Shown piece after piece: positions 50,040 to 61,914 of a stretch of DNA of 64,000 nucleotides. The position numbers and the translations under genes were made by a program. The number at the start of each line of letters is the position of its first letter. Within the stretch, counting starts at the first letter, position 1. Location: positions 34,162,001-34,226,000 of the forward strand of contig OZ076417.1 of the NCBI GenBank assembly GCA_964187785.1, read 5' to 3'. A model generated the notes under the pieces. It had not been told where the DNA came from, searched no databases, and worked only from the letters and a program-made list of their open reading frames with translations. The DNA comes from Amphiscolops sp. MND2022. Its lineage: Eukaryota.

Positions 50040-53000
50040 ATGAATAGATTTTTTCATAGGATCCTTCTTACTTGTAATACACCATAGTACCAACTGCTTC
50101 TTTTTTCTCCAGTTCTACTCAATGTTTACATCGTTACATTTGATTTTCGATGTTGAAGATTTTATCTGTGATTAATTGTTTCAGGTTGAGACCTCTAGAC
50201 ATCATCACGATGAAAAAACTGCATGACAAAGTGAATCTTGTGCCGGTGATTGCGAAAGCGGATATAATCACCAAGGAAGACTTGGCACTGTTCAAAACTA
50301 AAGTTCGTATTAATCATTTTTTATTCAGTTTTTGTTCATATGGGATGGACCAAATACGGTGAACTTTTGAAATCTCATTTTTACGATCCTGCATAGTCGA
50401 ACTTCTTGCTTTTTTTGAGTTATAAAATACGTTTTGTGCAATATTTTATTACTTTTCTTGGCATAGTGCTTGGCGTGGAGATCCGATTTTAGATATTCTA
50501 AGAGAAATATGTATTTCATGCAACAAGGACTTTTGCTAATATATTTTGGTGGCGATGTAACATTCATTCATTGACCATCCTTCAAATGGTTTTTAGCCGG
50601 CGCTTTTCATGAGAAAGTGCCCGACTATTGCAGTGGCTAGTTTTTTTTTCGTCAGACCACAGTGCTCACCCTTTTTATGTACCACTTTTTAGTAGATTTT
50701 AATCGGTTTAGGGGGAACCCAGCGGTCGCGGGTTCGAGTCCCTGCTTCAGGCAGAAACTTTTTCGTGCTTTTTCGAAACCGGACGAGTCTAAAGAATCCC
50801 CCTTTCAATTTTTGGCACTAAGATTTTCGATTTTTTTGTCTCCAAAGGTCCCCTCAGTTTTTTTCATATTTTGCAACAAACTGGAGTTTCAAAAAGCCCA
50901 AAGGGTCTCCCTTTTACATTTTCGGCAATATGAGACTGTTTCGAAATTCACATTTTTCGTCTGAAATTAGGTTTTCTCAATATTTACCCACGGATAATTT
51001 TTTCAATAATATCCGAAAATTTTGACGTAAGTAGTAAAGGAAGGGGGGTTATGAACGTTTTGGATGAATTTTCTAAGATAGAATTCTTGTGCACGTTTTG
51101 GGCTCCCAAGCGAAATTATTCTAAGATAGATTCACTGTGCACGTTTTGGGCTCCCAACTCGAAAACTTCCAAAGTCTTAAAGGTCAAACTGATTCTTCAT
51201 TCAAAATGTGTGGCATATGTCAAGCTTTATTTACATAGCAAAATTGATTAGAATAATCTCGACTCGGGAGCCCAAAAAGTGCAATGAGAATCTGAGAATA
51301 ATTTCGGCTAAAGAGCTGTAAACATGCACAAACTAGATCGAATAGAAGTCCAATACTACCATGTTCATAGGATCTCAGCTACTTTGGTCCTATAGTACGG
51401 TACTGTAAATTGAAAGATAGATCGAATATAAGTTCTAAAAACTATGTTAATTGAATCTTAGCTACTTTAGACCTACTGTATTGTAATGTATACTGAAATA
51501 TAGATCGAATATAAGTCCTATACGAAAGTGTTCATCAAATCTTAGCTACTTTACAGTATGGAACTGTATTTTGAAAAATAGATCGAATATAAGTCCAATA
51601 GTATAGTAATGTATATTGAAAGATCAAATATAAGTTCTCTACGACCGTGTTCATCGAATTTTAGCTACTATAGACCTATAATTTTGTACTGTATATTGGA
51701 AGATTGATCAAATATGAAGCCCATACGATCGTAGTCACCTAATAATAGCTACTTTAGACCTAGTATGATACTGTATATTGAAACATTGACCGAATATAAG
51801 TCCTATACGAAAGTGTTCATTGAATCTTAGCTAACTTTAGTCGTATAGTATTGTACTGTATATTGAAACATAGATCGAATATAAGTCCAATACTACCGTG
51901 TTCATCGAATCTTAGCTACTTTAGACCTATAATATGGTACTGCATTATGGAAGATAGATCGAACAAAGGTCATTTACGGCTGTGTTCATAGAATCTCAGC
52001 TACTTTAGTCCTATAGTATGATACTGTATTTTGGAAGATAGATCGAATGGTCTGGTGATACAAACAAACTGAAACTTTGTTGACAACTCAAACGAACTTG
52101 CAATCCAAGTTGAACTTAGAAGTTTCTAATCATCCTAATAGTGGTCAATATCGCCACACAATCAACTGAAACCTGAGCGAGTTGATTCAACGAGGTCTGT
52201 TGATATAAGCAAACTGAAACTATCTTGACAACTTAAACGAACTTTTCATTCAAGTTGAACTTTGAAGTTTCCATTCATCCTAATAGTCAATATTAACAAA
52301 GAACCGACTTAAAATTTCTACGTTGTCTATTGGAAGTGAAACAAACGGATTTCGGAGTTGATAAAAGCAAACCTGACTCAAATAAAAACCGTTGCTATTA
52401 TTGCACATGACGAAGTCAATGTGCATTGCAGTCCAGCTAAGAAAGTTTTTTTTCCACAATAGTCAACTTCATAATGAGCGCCTTTTAGACAAAAGCCAAA
52501 ACCCCTGAGAGATTCGAACCTGCAGCCTCCCGATTGCACGGCATAAGTGTTGACCACTGTGCCATAGGGACGTTATTGAACAAAGTTGAACTGTTGAATA
52601 TATACGCATGCGATGAAATAATATATATACGCATATTGAAATAATGTCTTCGTCATGTGTTGCGAAGCACGGCTTCGCCTCTGTGTCATAACACTTTTTG
52701 AGGATAAACGCTGTTGGACGAAGTTCTGCAACAAAAACGCAATGAACAAATCCGGATCGATTGAAGCAATTATTGGCCCTATGTTTAGCGGGAAAACGAC
52801 TGATCTTAGACTTGTCAAACGTTATAGTCATCGTCAAAAATCCTGCGTCGTGGTCAAATACGCAGGTGACTTGAGATACAGCTCCACACATGTTGTTTCT
52901 CACGACGGGCAATCATTTGACGCAATTGGGACATTGACGCTGATTGCAGTTTACGAAAAAATGTCGCAATATGACGTTGTAGGTTAGTTGTGGTACCTCG

Positions 53001-56000
53001 CTTTTCCATTCTTTTTGTCTGAACAATTGCTCAGAAATTGTTTCAGGCATTGACGAAGGACAATTTTTCGATGAAATTGTTGAAATGTGCGACCAATTGG
53101 CTATGGCAGGGAAAATTGTCGTCGTCGCGGCACTGATTGGTAATCACCGCAGAGAGGGCTTCAAAAAATTTCTCAATCTACCCAAAGTTGAATCAATTAA
53201 GATGTTGACCGCTATTTGTGGTATGTGTTCGGAAGAGAAAAGTTGTTTCACGAGGCATCGACCATTAGTGGAACCAGAAGAAATAACAATTGATGGTGAA
53301 AAAGAATTCATCACACTGTGCCGCAAGTGCTGGAAACTCGAAGAATAAAACTAATGAAGAAATCGAGCATTTCAACCTCGATCACAAGACTTAATAGGCA
53401 ACTAAATAACTCTGATTTTCATGTGCAACCCGTGAAAGTAAAAGATTTAATTTCAAACTTCTCTAGTCAGAGAACACATAATGCAAAATAGTCCAGTGAA
53501 CAATTTCAGGACTTAGGAGCTTGAGCTAATTATTGGTTGTGGATGTTCAACTGGTGGGGTGCAACTTATTCGTTTTCTGTGCTATAGAGTTTTCTTTCAA
53601 CACAATTTTCATTCATTGTTTTGAAAGTTTAAAATATTTGTGTCAACTCAGTGAAAAATTCTTTTCGGTCCCTTGTGCTGCACAAGCAAGCAGTGAACCG
53701 TTTGAAAACTCGCGATAAAGTTATTTTGACAAAACTCGCTCATGTTCATCTCATTGAACTGTCAAGCAAGTTTCAAAAAACTTCCGGCGCGCACACCTGC
53801 CACCATTTTCAACAAAACAAATCAAGTTAGGTTTTGAATAGAGTGATTAAGGGTCGTCCGATTGTGCTGTCACGGGAACGTCTGATTTAATATCCAACGT
53901 TCCCTTGTTTAAATTTTCGGTTTGCAGAAAACTTCGCCGTTACAATACTTAAGCGAATAGTTAAAAATTTCATCGCTAAATACAGTCTATCTTTCCAGGT
54001 ACATTGCTGCGAGCATCGTGACTGAACCAAGGCTGAATGTTTTTCGGTTGGTGTCAGACAATCAACAAAAAGTGCATAGCAACAAATTGTACATTACTCA
54101 GAGTTTGGTCTTGCAGCTTTTTACGAATTCATCTGACTTGTATACAGCGATCGCACTGTATCAGAACAGTGGCTAAACTGGGATTGCTGTGTCTGTTCTG
54201 CTGAGAAGAACTTGAATTGCTGCTGCTGTTGTTGGTGTTCATGATTGAATACGAAGAAGAAAAATTGACTTGCAACGTCTGAATACTGGTTTGGAAATCC
54301 ACAGGAAAAAAGTGAATAAATAATTCTACAGAGTGACCAAGAACTTGTTTTTCTTGCTAGCACTTTCATTCTGAATCGCGAGATGATTTTTGTGAATCCT
54401 GGCGCAAAATTAATTTTCATGAACCTTTGCAAACCATGTATTTTCATTAGACGTCGACAGTGTTGAAACAATTTTATAACAGTTTCCAAAAACCTTTTGA
54501 ACGTGTACTCTAAAAAAACTGTAGGTCAAAAACAACTTACAATCACTTTTCCAAAGACCAACTCCAAAACGGATTCTATTTGTATCGAAATCACTCCCAC
54601 AAATTATCGAACTTTTACCGTTTAAACATTGTGCTTCTTGTGTTGGAATTGGTGTGGTCTGAGTGATTAGTCCTGCAGCTAGATACTATACTAATCTGAA
54701 TTGTACCGAGCGATCGAATCACTGGGGTCACACTACTGTTTTGATGGGACAATCGAAGACTAGTCGCTCATTTCGTGAAGTCTTACATTAACTGCTTCGG
54801 GTTTGATTCATTTCTTCACTGAGAGATTGCCGTCTCACTCATTGATCTCAAAGCGACTCCTTCATCAAAATGTGGCTCCGGAGGCAACTGACCAAAAACC
54901 AAACGACGTCGAAAAAATTGTGACTTTCACTATGCAGAGGTTTTTTGAGACTCCAAGTTGTTTTTGGAGAGCGGTTCAAATTTCGGTTGGCACGGAAATG
55001 TGAAATTTGAACCGCTCTCCATAAAAAAACTTGGGGTCTCAAAAAACCTCTGCATAGTGAAAGTCACATTTTTTTCGACGTCGTTTGGTTTTTGGTCAGT
55101 TGCCTCATTTTGATGAAGGAGTCGCTTTGAGATCAATGAGTGAGACGGCAATCTCTCAGTGAAGAATTGAATCAAACCGAAGCAGTTAATGTAAGACTTC
55201 ACGAGATGAGCGACTAGTCTTCTATTGTCCTATCAAAACAGTAGTGTGACCCCAGTGATTCGATCGCTCGGTACAATTCAGATTAGTATAGTATCTAGCT
55301 GCAGGACTAATCACTCAGACCACACTGTCTGCTTGAATTGAAGTTTTCGTCTCAGCGTTAGCGGGCACTCAATTTCAACACAAGAAGCACAATGTTTAAA
55401 CGGTAAAAGTTCAATAATTTGTGGGGGGGGTGATTTCGATACAAATAGAATTCGTTTTGGAGTTGGTCTTTGGAAAAGTGATTGTAAGTTGTTTTTGACC
55501 TACAGTTTTTTTAGAGTACACGTTCAAAAGGTTTTTGGAAACTGTTAGAAAATTGTTTCAACACTGTCGACGTCCACTGAAAATACATGGTTTGCAAAGG
55601 TTCATGAAAATTAATTTTGCGCCAGGATTCACAAAAATCATCTCGCGATTCAGAATGAAAGTGCTAGCAAGAATAACAAATTTTTGGTCACTCTGTAGGA
55701 TGACAACAGTGTCATCGAAACTTTGTCCTTCGTAAATGCCTGAAACAATTTCTGAGCAATTGTTCAGATAAAAAGAATGGAAAAGTCAGGTACCACAACT
55801 AACCTACGTCATTTTGCGACATTTTTTCATAAACTGCAATCAGTGTCAATGTCCCAATAGCTTCAAGTGATTGCCCGTCGTGAGAAACAACATGTGTGGA
55901 GCTGTATCTCAAGTCACCTGCGTATTTGACCACGACGCAGGATTTTGGACGATGACTATAACGTTTGAAACGTCTGAGAAGCTCAGTCGTTTTCCCGCTA

Positions 56001-58732
56001 AACATAGGGCCAATAATTGCTTCAATCGATCCGGATTTGTTCGTTGCGTGTTTGTTGCAGAACTTCGTCCAACAGCGTTTATCGTCAAAAAGTGTTATGA
56101 TAATAGCAACGGTTTTTATTTGAGTCAGGTTTGCTTTTATCAATTCCGAAATCCGTTTGTTTCACTTCCAATAGACAACGTAGAAATTTTAAGTTGGTTC
56201 TTTGTTAATATTGACTAATAGCATGAATGGAAACTTCAAAGTTCAACTTGAAAGGGAAGTTCGTTTATGTTGTCAAGATAGTTTCAGTTTGTTTATATCA
56301 CCAGACCTCGTTGAATCAACTCGCTCATGTTTCAGTTGATTGTGTGGCGATATTGACCACTATTAGGATGATTAGGAACTTCTAAGTTCAACTTGGATTG
56401 CAAGTTCGTTTGAGTTGTCAACAAAGTTTCAGTTTGTTTATATCACCAGACCATTCGATCTATCTTTCAATAAACAGTATCATACTATAGGTTTAAAGTA
56501 GGTGAGATTCTATGAACACAGCCGTAAAGGACCTTTGTTCGATCTATCTTCCATAATACAGTACCATATTATAGGTCTAAAGTAGCTAAGATTCGATGAA
56601 CACGGTAGTATTGGACTTCTATTCGATCTATGTTTCAATATACAGTTCCATACTATGTCTGAAGTAGCTAAGATTCGATGAACACTTTCGTATAGGACTT
56701 ATATTTGATCTATCTTTCAATATACATTACTATACTATTGGACTTATATTCGATCTATTTTTCAAAATACAGTTCCATACTGTAAAGTAGCTAAGATTTG
56801 TTGAACACTTTCGTATAGGACTTATATTCGATCTATATTTCAGTATACAGTACAATACAGTAGGTCTAAAGTAGCTAAGATTCAATTAACGTAGTTTTTA
56901 GGACTTATATTCAATCTATCTTTCAATTTACAGTACCGTACTATAGGACTAAAGTAGCTGAGATCATATGAACATGGTAGTATTGGACTTCTATTCGATC
57001 CATTTTTCGATATACAGTTCCATACTATAAAGTCTGAAGTAGCTATGGTTCGATGAACACTTCGGTATAGGACTTATCGCGTTTTACTAAGGAGGACGCT
57101 GAGGTTCGAAAACATGCGCTTCCATGAAAACGTCCCACGCATATTTTAAAAACTGTGCTTTTGAGCCTTAGATATAGTGCCGACTTTGGACGTTCCCGTC
57201 TTGTTCTTTTGGATAAATGTTCCCCTTCCACGATCTTTTTACCACTGGTTTTTCTACATCTTGAGTATTTTGTAGATCCGAGCAGACATGAAAGAGAATG
57301 GCATCATAGCTTACGAGTTCCCGCTAGATGACGAGAGCAACGAGGAGCTGGTGGCCGAGAATAAGGAGGCCAACGAGAACGTGCCTTTCGCAGTCGTCGG
57401 CAGCACAGAGAAGATGAACGGAAAACGAGTGCGCGTATACCCATGGGGAACAGTCAATAGTTAGTGCCAAGAACTATAGACTCTCTAGTGCAACGAAAAT
57501 ACCACTTTGCAGTCTTTTCCCCCATAATGAGATTGTAAAATCACTTAGAAAGTGAACATTGTGGTTTCAACCGCACTTTCCTTTGAACGATTCAACATGG
57601 TTGCATAAAATACGTAACGAAGAGTTTCTGAAAATGATGCTTGCGTTATACTGCAAATCATGACGGACGTTGAAAAGAAGTACAATCATATTGGTTGAAT
57701 GAATGGTCCATCTTGCATGTTGGCGAATTGTTGGGTTTTGTTTCAGTCGAGAACAGAGATCATTGTGACTTTGAACTTCTGAGACAATCTGTGATTTGCG
57801 CTAACTTGGATGATTTGTGCGTGACAACAAACGAAGTGCACTACGAGGCATTCAGGAAGAGAAAGTTGCCCAAAATGGGGTTTGTTCTTCATACCGAATG
57901 TTATAGCTTTGAAGAAATCTGTATCGAAGTGTAATCCTTCAGTAGGATCGCCTGCAACCTCTCATTAAAGTAGAACCAAATTCAAATGTTTTCCAATCAC
58001 AGTTTTGGTTAATTGCCATCATACTAATGCGGTACTCACGAAACTTCGAATGTTCAGGTATGTGTCGTCAACTGACTCGAACCTTTCCTTCACGGAGACC
58101 CTGGAACGGGAGAGGGCAAGAGTTACGCAAGAGCTGCAAAGGCGCGAGGAGGAGATGCGGGCGACCTTCATCAGGAGGGTCAAGGACAAAGAGAGTGAGT
58201 TGCAGGTGGCCGAGCAGTCTCTCAACAACAAGTACAACAAACTCAAAGTACGACCTCTTGTATTTCCCCCCGCTTGTTTACAGTCTGATTGTCAGTTGTA
58301 TTTTTTGTCAATCTGTCGAATGTAAAGACTCGCTGACTGTTTTCAAAAAAGTTTCAAAATGTCGCGTTCTATGAGGAGATTTAAGTACTTTATTATAAGT
58401 TCGTGGAAGCATTGATTTTGAAATTACGCCCTTGGTTGATGCCGAAAATTGCCGGCCCTTTTTGCTAAAACATTTTTGAGCTTTTTCGTTGGATTGATCT
58501 CTATTAAACAACTATCATACTATGCTGACTTCGGGGACAGACAGAGTATTTGCAGGGTGAACTTGAGATCAAGAAGCTGGAGTTGGAAGAAGAGAGAAGC
58601 AAGTTGGATACGGCCAAGGCGGAGTTCGAGAAGGCCCAGGAGGAGCGACGTAGAATGCTGGAGGAACAGGCGGCCGCCGCAGCCCTCACCGCTTCCAACA
58701 CTGCCACACTCGGCAGGAGCAAAAAGAAGTGA
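49763..58732 (+). CDS. Septin, SEPT6 group; 5' exons missing. Exons 49763-49903 (duplicate at 46933-47073), 50185-50302, 57276-57459, 57747-57879, 58058-58247, 58541-58732
   Basis: [14 protein letters not shown]...[15 protein letters not shown]|[22 protein letters not shown]|...PFAVVGS...YPWGTV|[10 protein letters not shown]...HYEAFR|...[20 protein letters not shown]; GT-AG phases consistent; coiled-coil C-terminus. Confidence 0.9.
51030..51334 (+). mobile_element. Solo copy of the AGTAGT-starting terminal sequence also found at 61402-61686 (Polinton-like terminus or MITE)
   Basis: Homology starts at agtagtaa...gggggg and ends at aaagagctgtaaacatgca(c/t)aaact; shared gcacgttttgggctccca and gaataatctcgactcggga motifs. 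Confidence 0.65.
51335..52050 (+). repeat. Diverged ~84-bp tandem satellite (~9 units); inverted copy at ~56455-57077
   Basis: Unit approximately tagatcgaatataagtcc...gtgttcatcgaatcttagctactttagacctatagtatggtactgtatattgaaa. Confidence 0.9.
52401..52685 (+). mobile_element. Family B element, copy 3, inserted upstream of TK1 without a TSD
   Basis: Empty site ctatta|tcataac is visible in the inverted arm (~56095-56110). Confidence 0.85.
52742..53348 (+). CDS. TK1: Thymidine kinase (TK1 type), divergent; exons 52742-52982 and 53047-53348; nested in a septin intron
   Basis: [25 protein letters not shown]|IDEGQFF, AICGMC and LCRKC; 64-bp GT-AG intron; 180 aa open. Confidence 0.85.
55712..56044 (-). 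pseudogene. TK1: Inverted, truncated TK1 copy (ATG>ACG; exon 2 cut after ~10 codons)
   Basis: [18 protein letters not shown], same intron, GIYEGQSF, then a deletion junction. Confidence 0.88.
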
Positions 58733-60479
58733 TGTCATCATGACGTCATTCACAGTCTACTACCAGAAGCGAAAAGTGATTTCACAATTACAATCGTAAA
58801 ATCACACCACTCAATTGTCGTCTTTTACTTTAGTTTTAGTTCTTTACATTTACCCTACTACCATAAAAACTAGTGGCAATTATAGCTGTTACCATATAAT
58901 AACGCCGATATAATGCTTCCAATAGCACTTTTCTCTGCATTTTTGCAATATCTTGAAAAGAAATTCTACTCGTGGGGAAAATGCTTGATTTCTTCAAAAA
59001 GTTTTCATGTCCTCTCTCCCAACAACAAACTACTTAAATAAAATCAAGACTTTTCACATCCTATCTATTTGATTGAAGAGCATGCTGCAACTTTCATGTC
59101 CGTCGAGGCAGCATTCGTGCATGTTTTTGATACCATTTTTCCACAAGTATTAATGTGCAATAAGTTTTTTAGATGTTCCCTAAATGTCTAATCCTAATTT
59201 TTGTGCTGAAAATTTTGGAGCAGCGATTGATTCGCGAAATTCGCGAAAATTCATTTGTAAATATTACTTTTATTTTTTGTCCTCGGACGCTTTCAAATCA
59301 TTAAAATTGTTTGCCAATCTTCTCTTCTCTATCCGCAACACTATCCAGGCTGGAATATCAAAAACTGAAAATGGACATAACAGAAATGAAAAATCAATAT
59401 TACTGGACATTGCTAGAAGATATTCTGCAACCAAAACTTGATGAATCACAACATTGACTCAACATGAACTCTAAACTATTTTCAACTTTACTTCCTGACT
59501 TTTCACTTTTGTTTTCATACTTTTGTTCAAACTGTTGATCGGACTGGTGATTCAATGAATGAAATATAGGACGTTTCTTATATGTTTTGGCGCTTTTTCA
59601 ATTTGACTTTCGAAGCCAACCTTTTCGATGAAATTCTGATGCAGCCCCAGAAGAATTTATTCTTTGGGTTTCTTTTCCGGGCTCTCTCAGGAAAACTGGG
59701 TTAGTCCATTTCAATTTTTCGTGGTTCTCAACTCCCACAATTCATCTCCACTACAAGGATTTTGCTTCCCACTCCAAAAATCAGCCTTTTTGGAAATATT
59801 TCTCACTTCCCTCAAGCAGCAAAAATGGTTCTCGCTTCAATCAAACGACAAAAATGGTTCTTCACCAAACAGAAAAGCACTTTTTTCGAACGCCAACCGA
59901 ATTGACAATCATTAAAGCTACTCTCGAGTGTGTACTACAATCTAGCTAGCCACTTCAAAGTCTCCATACACGAAGTTTTTTCCTTAACACATTGGGGTGA
60001 TACAAGTGTAAAACGTATTACCTTTCTCTGATTAGAGTAAGAAAAGTAAATATTCAAAAAATTCTCGGAACGCACACCTCTGATGAGAGGTCTCAAAACG
60101 CCTCAGTCGTTTTCGTCAGATTTTTTCTCCATATTCGAATTTCAGATTTTTCTAAAGTAGCGTCCAGTCCCGTCCAGTTCCTTCAACAACCGTCTAGCAA
60201 AGGTAAGTAACAGATCGTTCGTTTCGTACGGATGAAACGTTTACCCGTTGAGACCCAAACCGTCGCTCGTTCGAAATTTCATCGCGGAACAGGAAAAACT
60301 TCAATTTGCTATCCTTAAGTTTCTTTTTTTTTTTACCGGTTCGCAGCGGATGTCTTTCCGTAAGCTGTTTTACTTCTTCTACGATCAACGATGGTGAACC
60401 TGAAGATCGATACTCAAAAATCACTTTCGACTGAAAGCAGTGCAGATTTGAGAACACGTCGAACTACCTTACATCGAAG

Positions 60480-61380
60480 TTGACCTCTGACAACAACATC
60501 CAGCCCCTGCATTATATTCTTGCGCAGTTGCAAACTATCGCCGCCAAATTTAAAAAAATCTGCGAACAGATGTCTGCCTTTATGACGCTCGATGATTTGG
60601 AGCCATTTCTGCAGAAGTCAGTCGAATTCTTTTTAATTCTTTTACACTATGCTGACAAAATCGATAATTTAACTCAGAGCGGCCCAAGTCGCTCTTCATC
60701 GACCTTTGCTCCCTTCGAGCGCCGATGCGAAGATTCAACTTCAGCACCCACCATTCCAGTCTCAACAGCAGCCGGATTTTGCAACCGCCCGCAGCAACAC
60801 GACACCTCTGCCGGAGCTTCTCATCAACTCCGGACAACCTGCAACTCGCGCTCCACAGCCACAACTTACCACTCATATCATGTACATGACGGGTCCCGCT
60901 ACTTAGGAAGTTTGGATAACTCATGTTTCTGCAACCGCTCATCAGGACCCTTCCTACACCGAAGACATACAAAGAAACACCGAGTTTGATCTGGAACAAC
61001 AGAACATCGCCTCTGAACCCAATCCTTCACAGATCAGTTGGACAACTCAGTCTTCACCTCCCCCTCACCAACAACAACCACTGAGTATTGCCCGTCATTT
61101 GCCACACCCGTCACCCTTAACAACTGCAACCTGCTGACTAGACTACGCCACCAACTATCATCTACCAACTTTCGACACTGTTTTGACAAACAGCGTCCAA
61201 CCATCATATCAGATCTTCAATCCCCACTTTCCGTTAGTTACCCCACCTGAAAATTGCCAATCTTCAACATCTTCCACCTTCATCAGTTCCGCCTCCAGCC
61301 GAAACACCATCAAAATTTCATCCGTCGTCCAATCACCAGACTTTTCCTCCTGTATTGCAACCCATTGCCGTTCACCCTGA
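60480..61380 (+). other. Decayed coding-like region: helical N-terminus then Q/P/T/S-rich, frameshifted; origin unknown (gag-like?)
   Basis: Chained ORFs 60480-60989, 60706-60906, 61038-61250 and 61183-61380; no recognisable motif. Confidence 0.25.
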
Positions 61381-61914
61381 CATTGCTTTGCCACTAACAC
61401 CAGTAGTAATAGACGGGGGGGTTTATGCACGTTTTTGGCTCTTTTGAAAATTTTCGAAGATTTTCAATGCACGTTTTGGGCTCCCAAACCGAAAATTTTC
61501 TAAGCTCATTTTGTTTGAGCTGTCAAATTTTGTAAATTTTACCACTCGGCTGTCAAATTTCATTTACTATACGTCAAAATAGACTTTTCTGACTTATATG
61601 TCGAATAATCTCGACTCGGGAGGCCAAAAAGTGCATTGAAAATATTCGACTAATTTCAGCTAAAGAGCTGTAAACATGCATAAACTTGCAGTAGACGTGA
61701 AGAAAACTAACCTTTCGTTGGCGGAACAATGACAAAGTGTAAGTACATGTAAAAAAGAGACATTTGGTAAAAGCAGAATGAAGTCTTCCATGTTCTGAGA
61801 AACTAGAAACACACGAGCGGCAGTATCTTGTTTTTTTTTCATTTTACACTTAATGCTTAGTTGTGACATTCTACAGCATATAAAACTAATCCACTAAATT
61901 TACTCAAAAGTGCC

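Larger units (their letters stand above)
51335..57000. repeat. ~5.7-kb interrupted fold-back palindrome centred at ~54993
   Basis: Inner arms 54326-54984 / 55002-55698 with a 17-nt spacer. Outer arms 51335-53078 / 55712-57000. Segment 53079-54325 is absent from the right arm. Confidence 0.92.

Noticed and set aside
51335-52050. 84-bp units as CRISPR repeat-spacers or a coding repeat
   Set aside because: The whole unit is homologous between copies (no unique spacers), and all frames contain stops.
54060-54489. PolyQ ORF, and LIQCDRC as a CW-type zinc finger
   Set aside because: The remaining ligands and tryptophans are absent, stops follow, and only part of the ORF is retained in the other arm.
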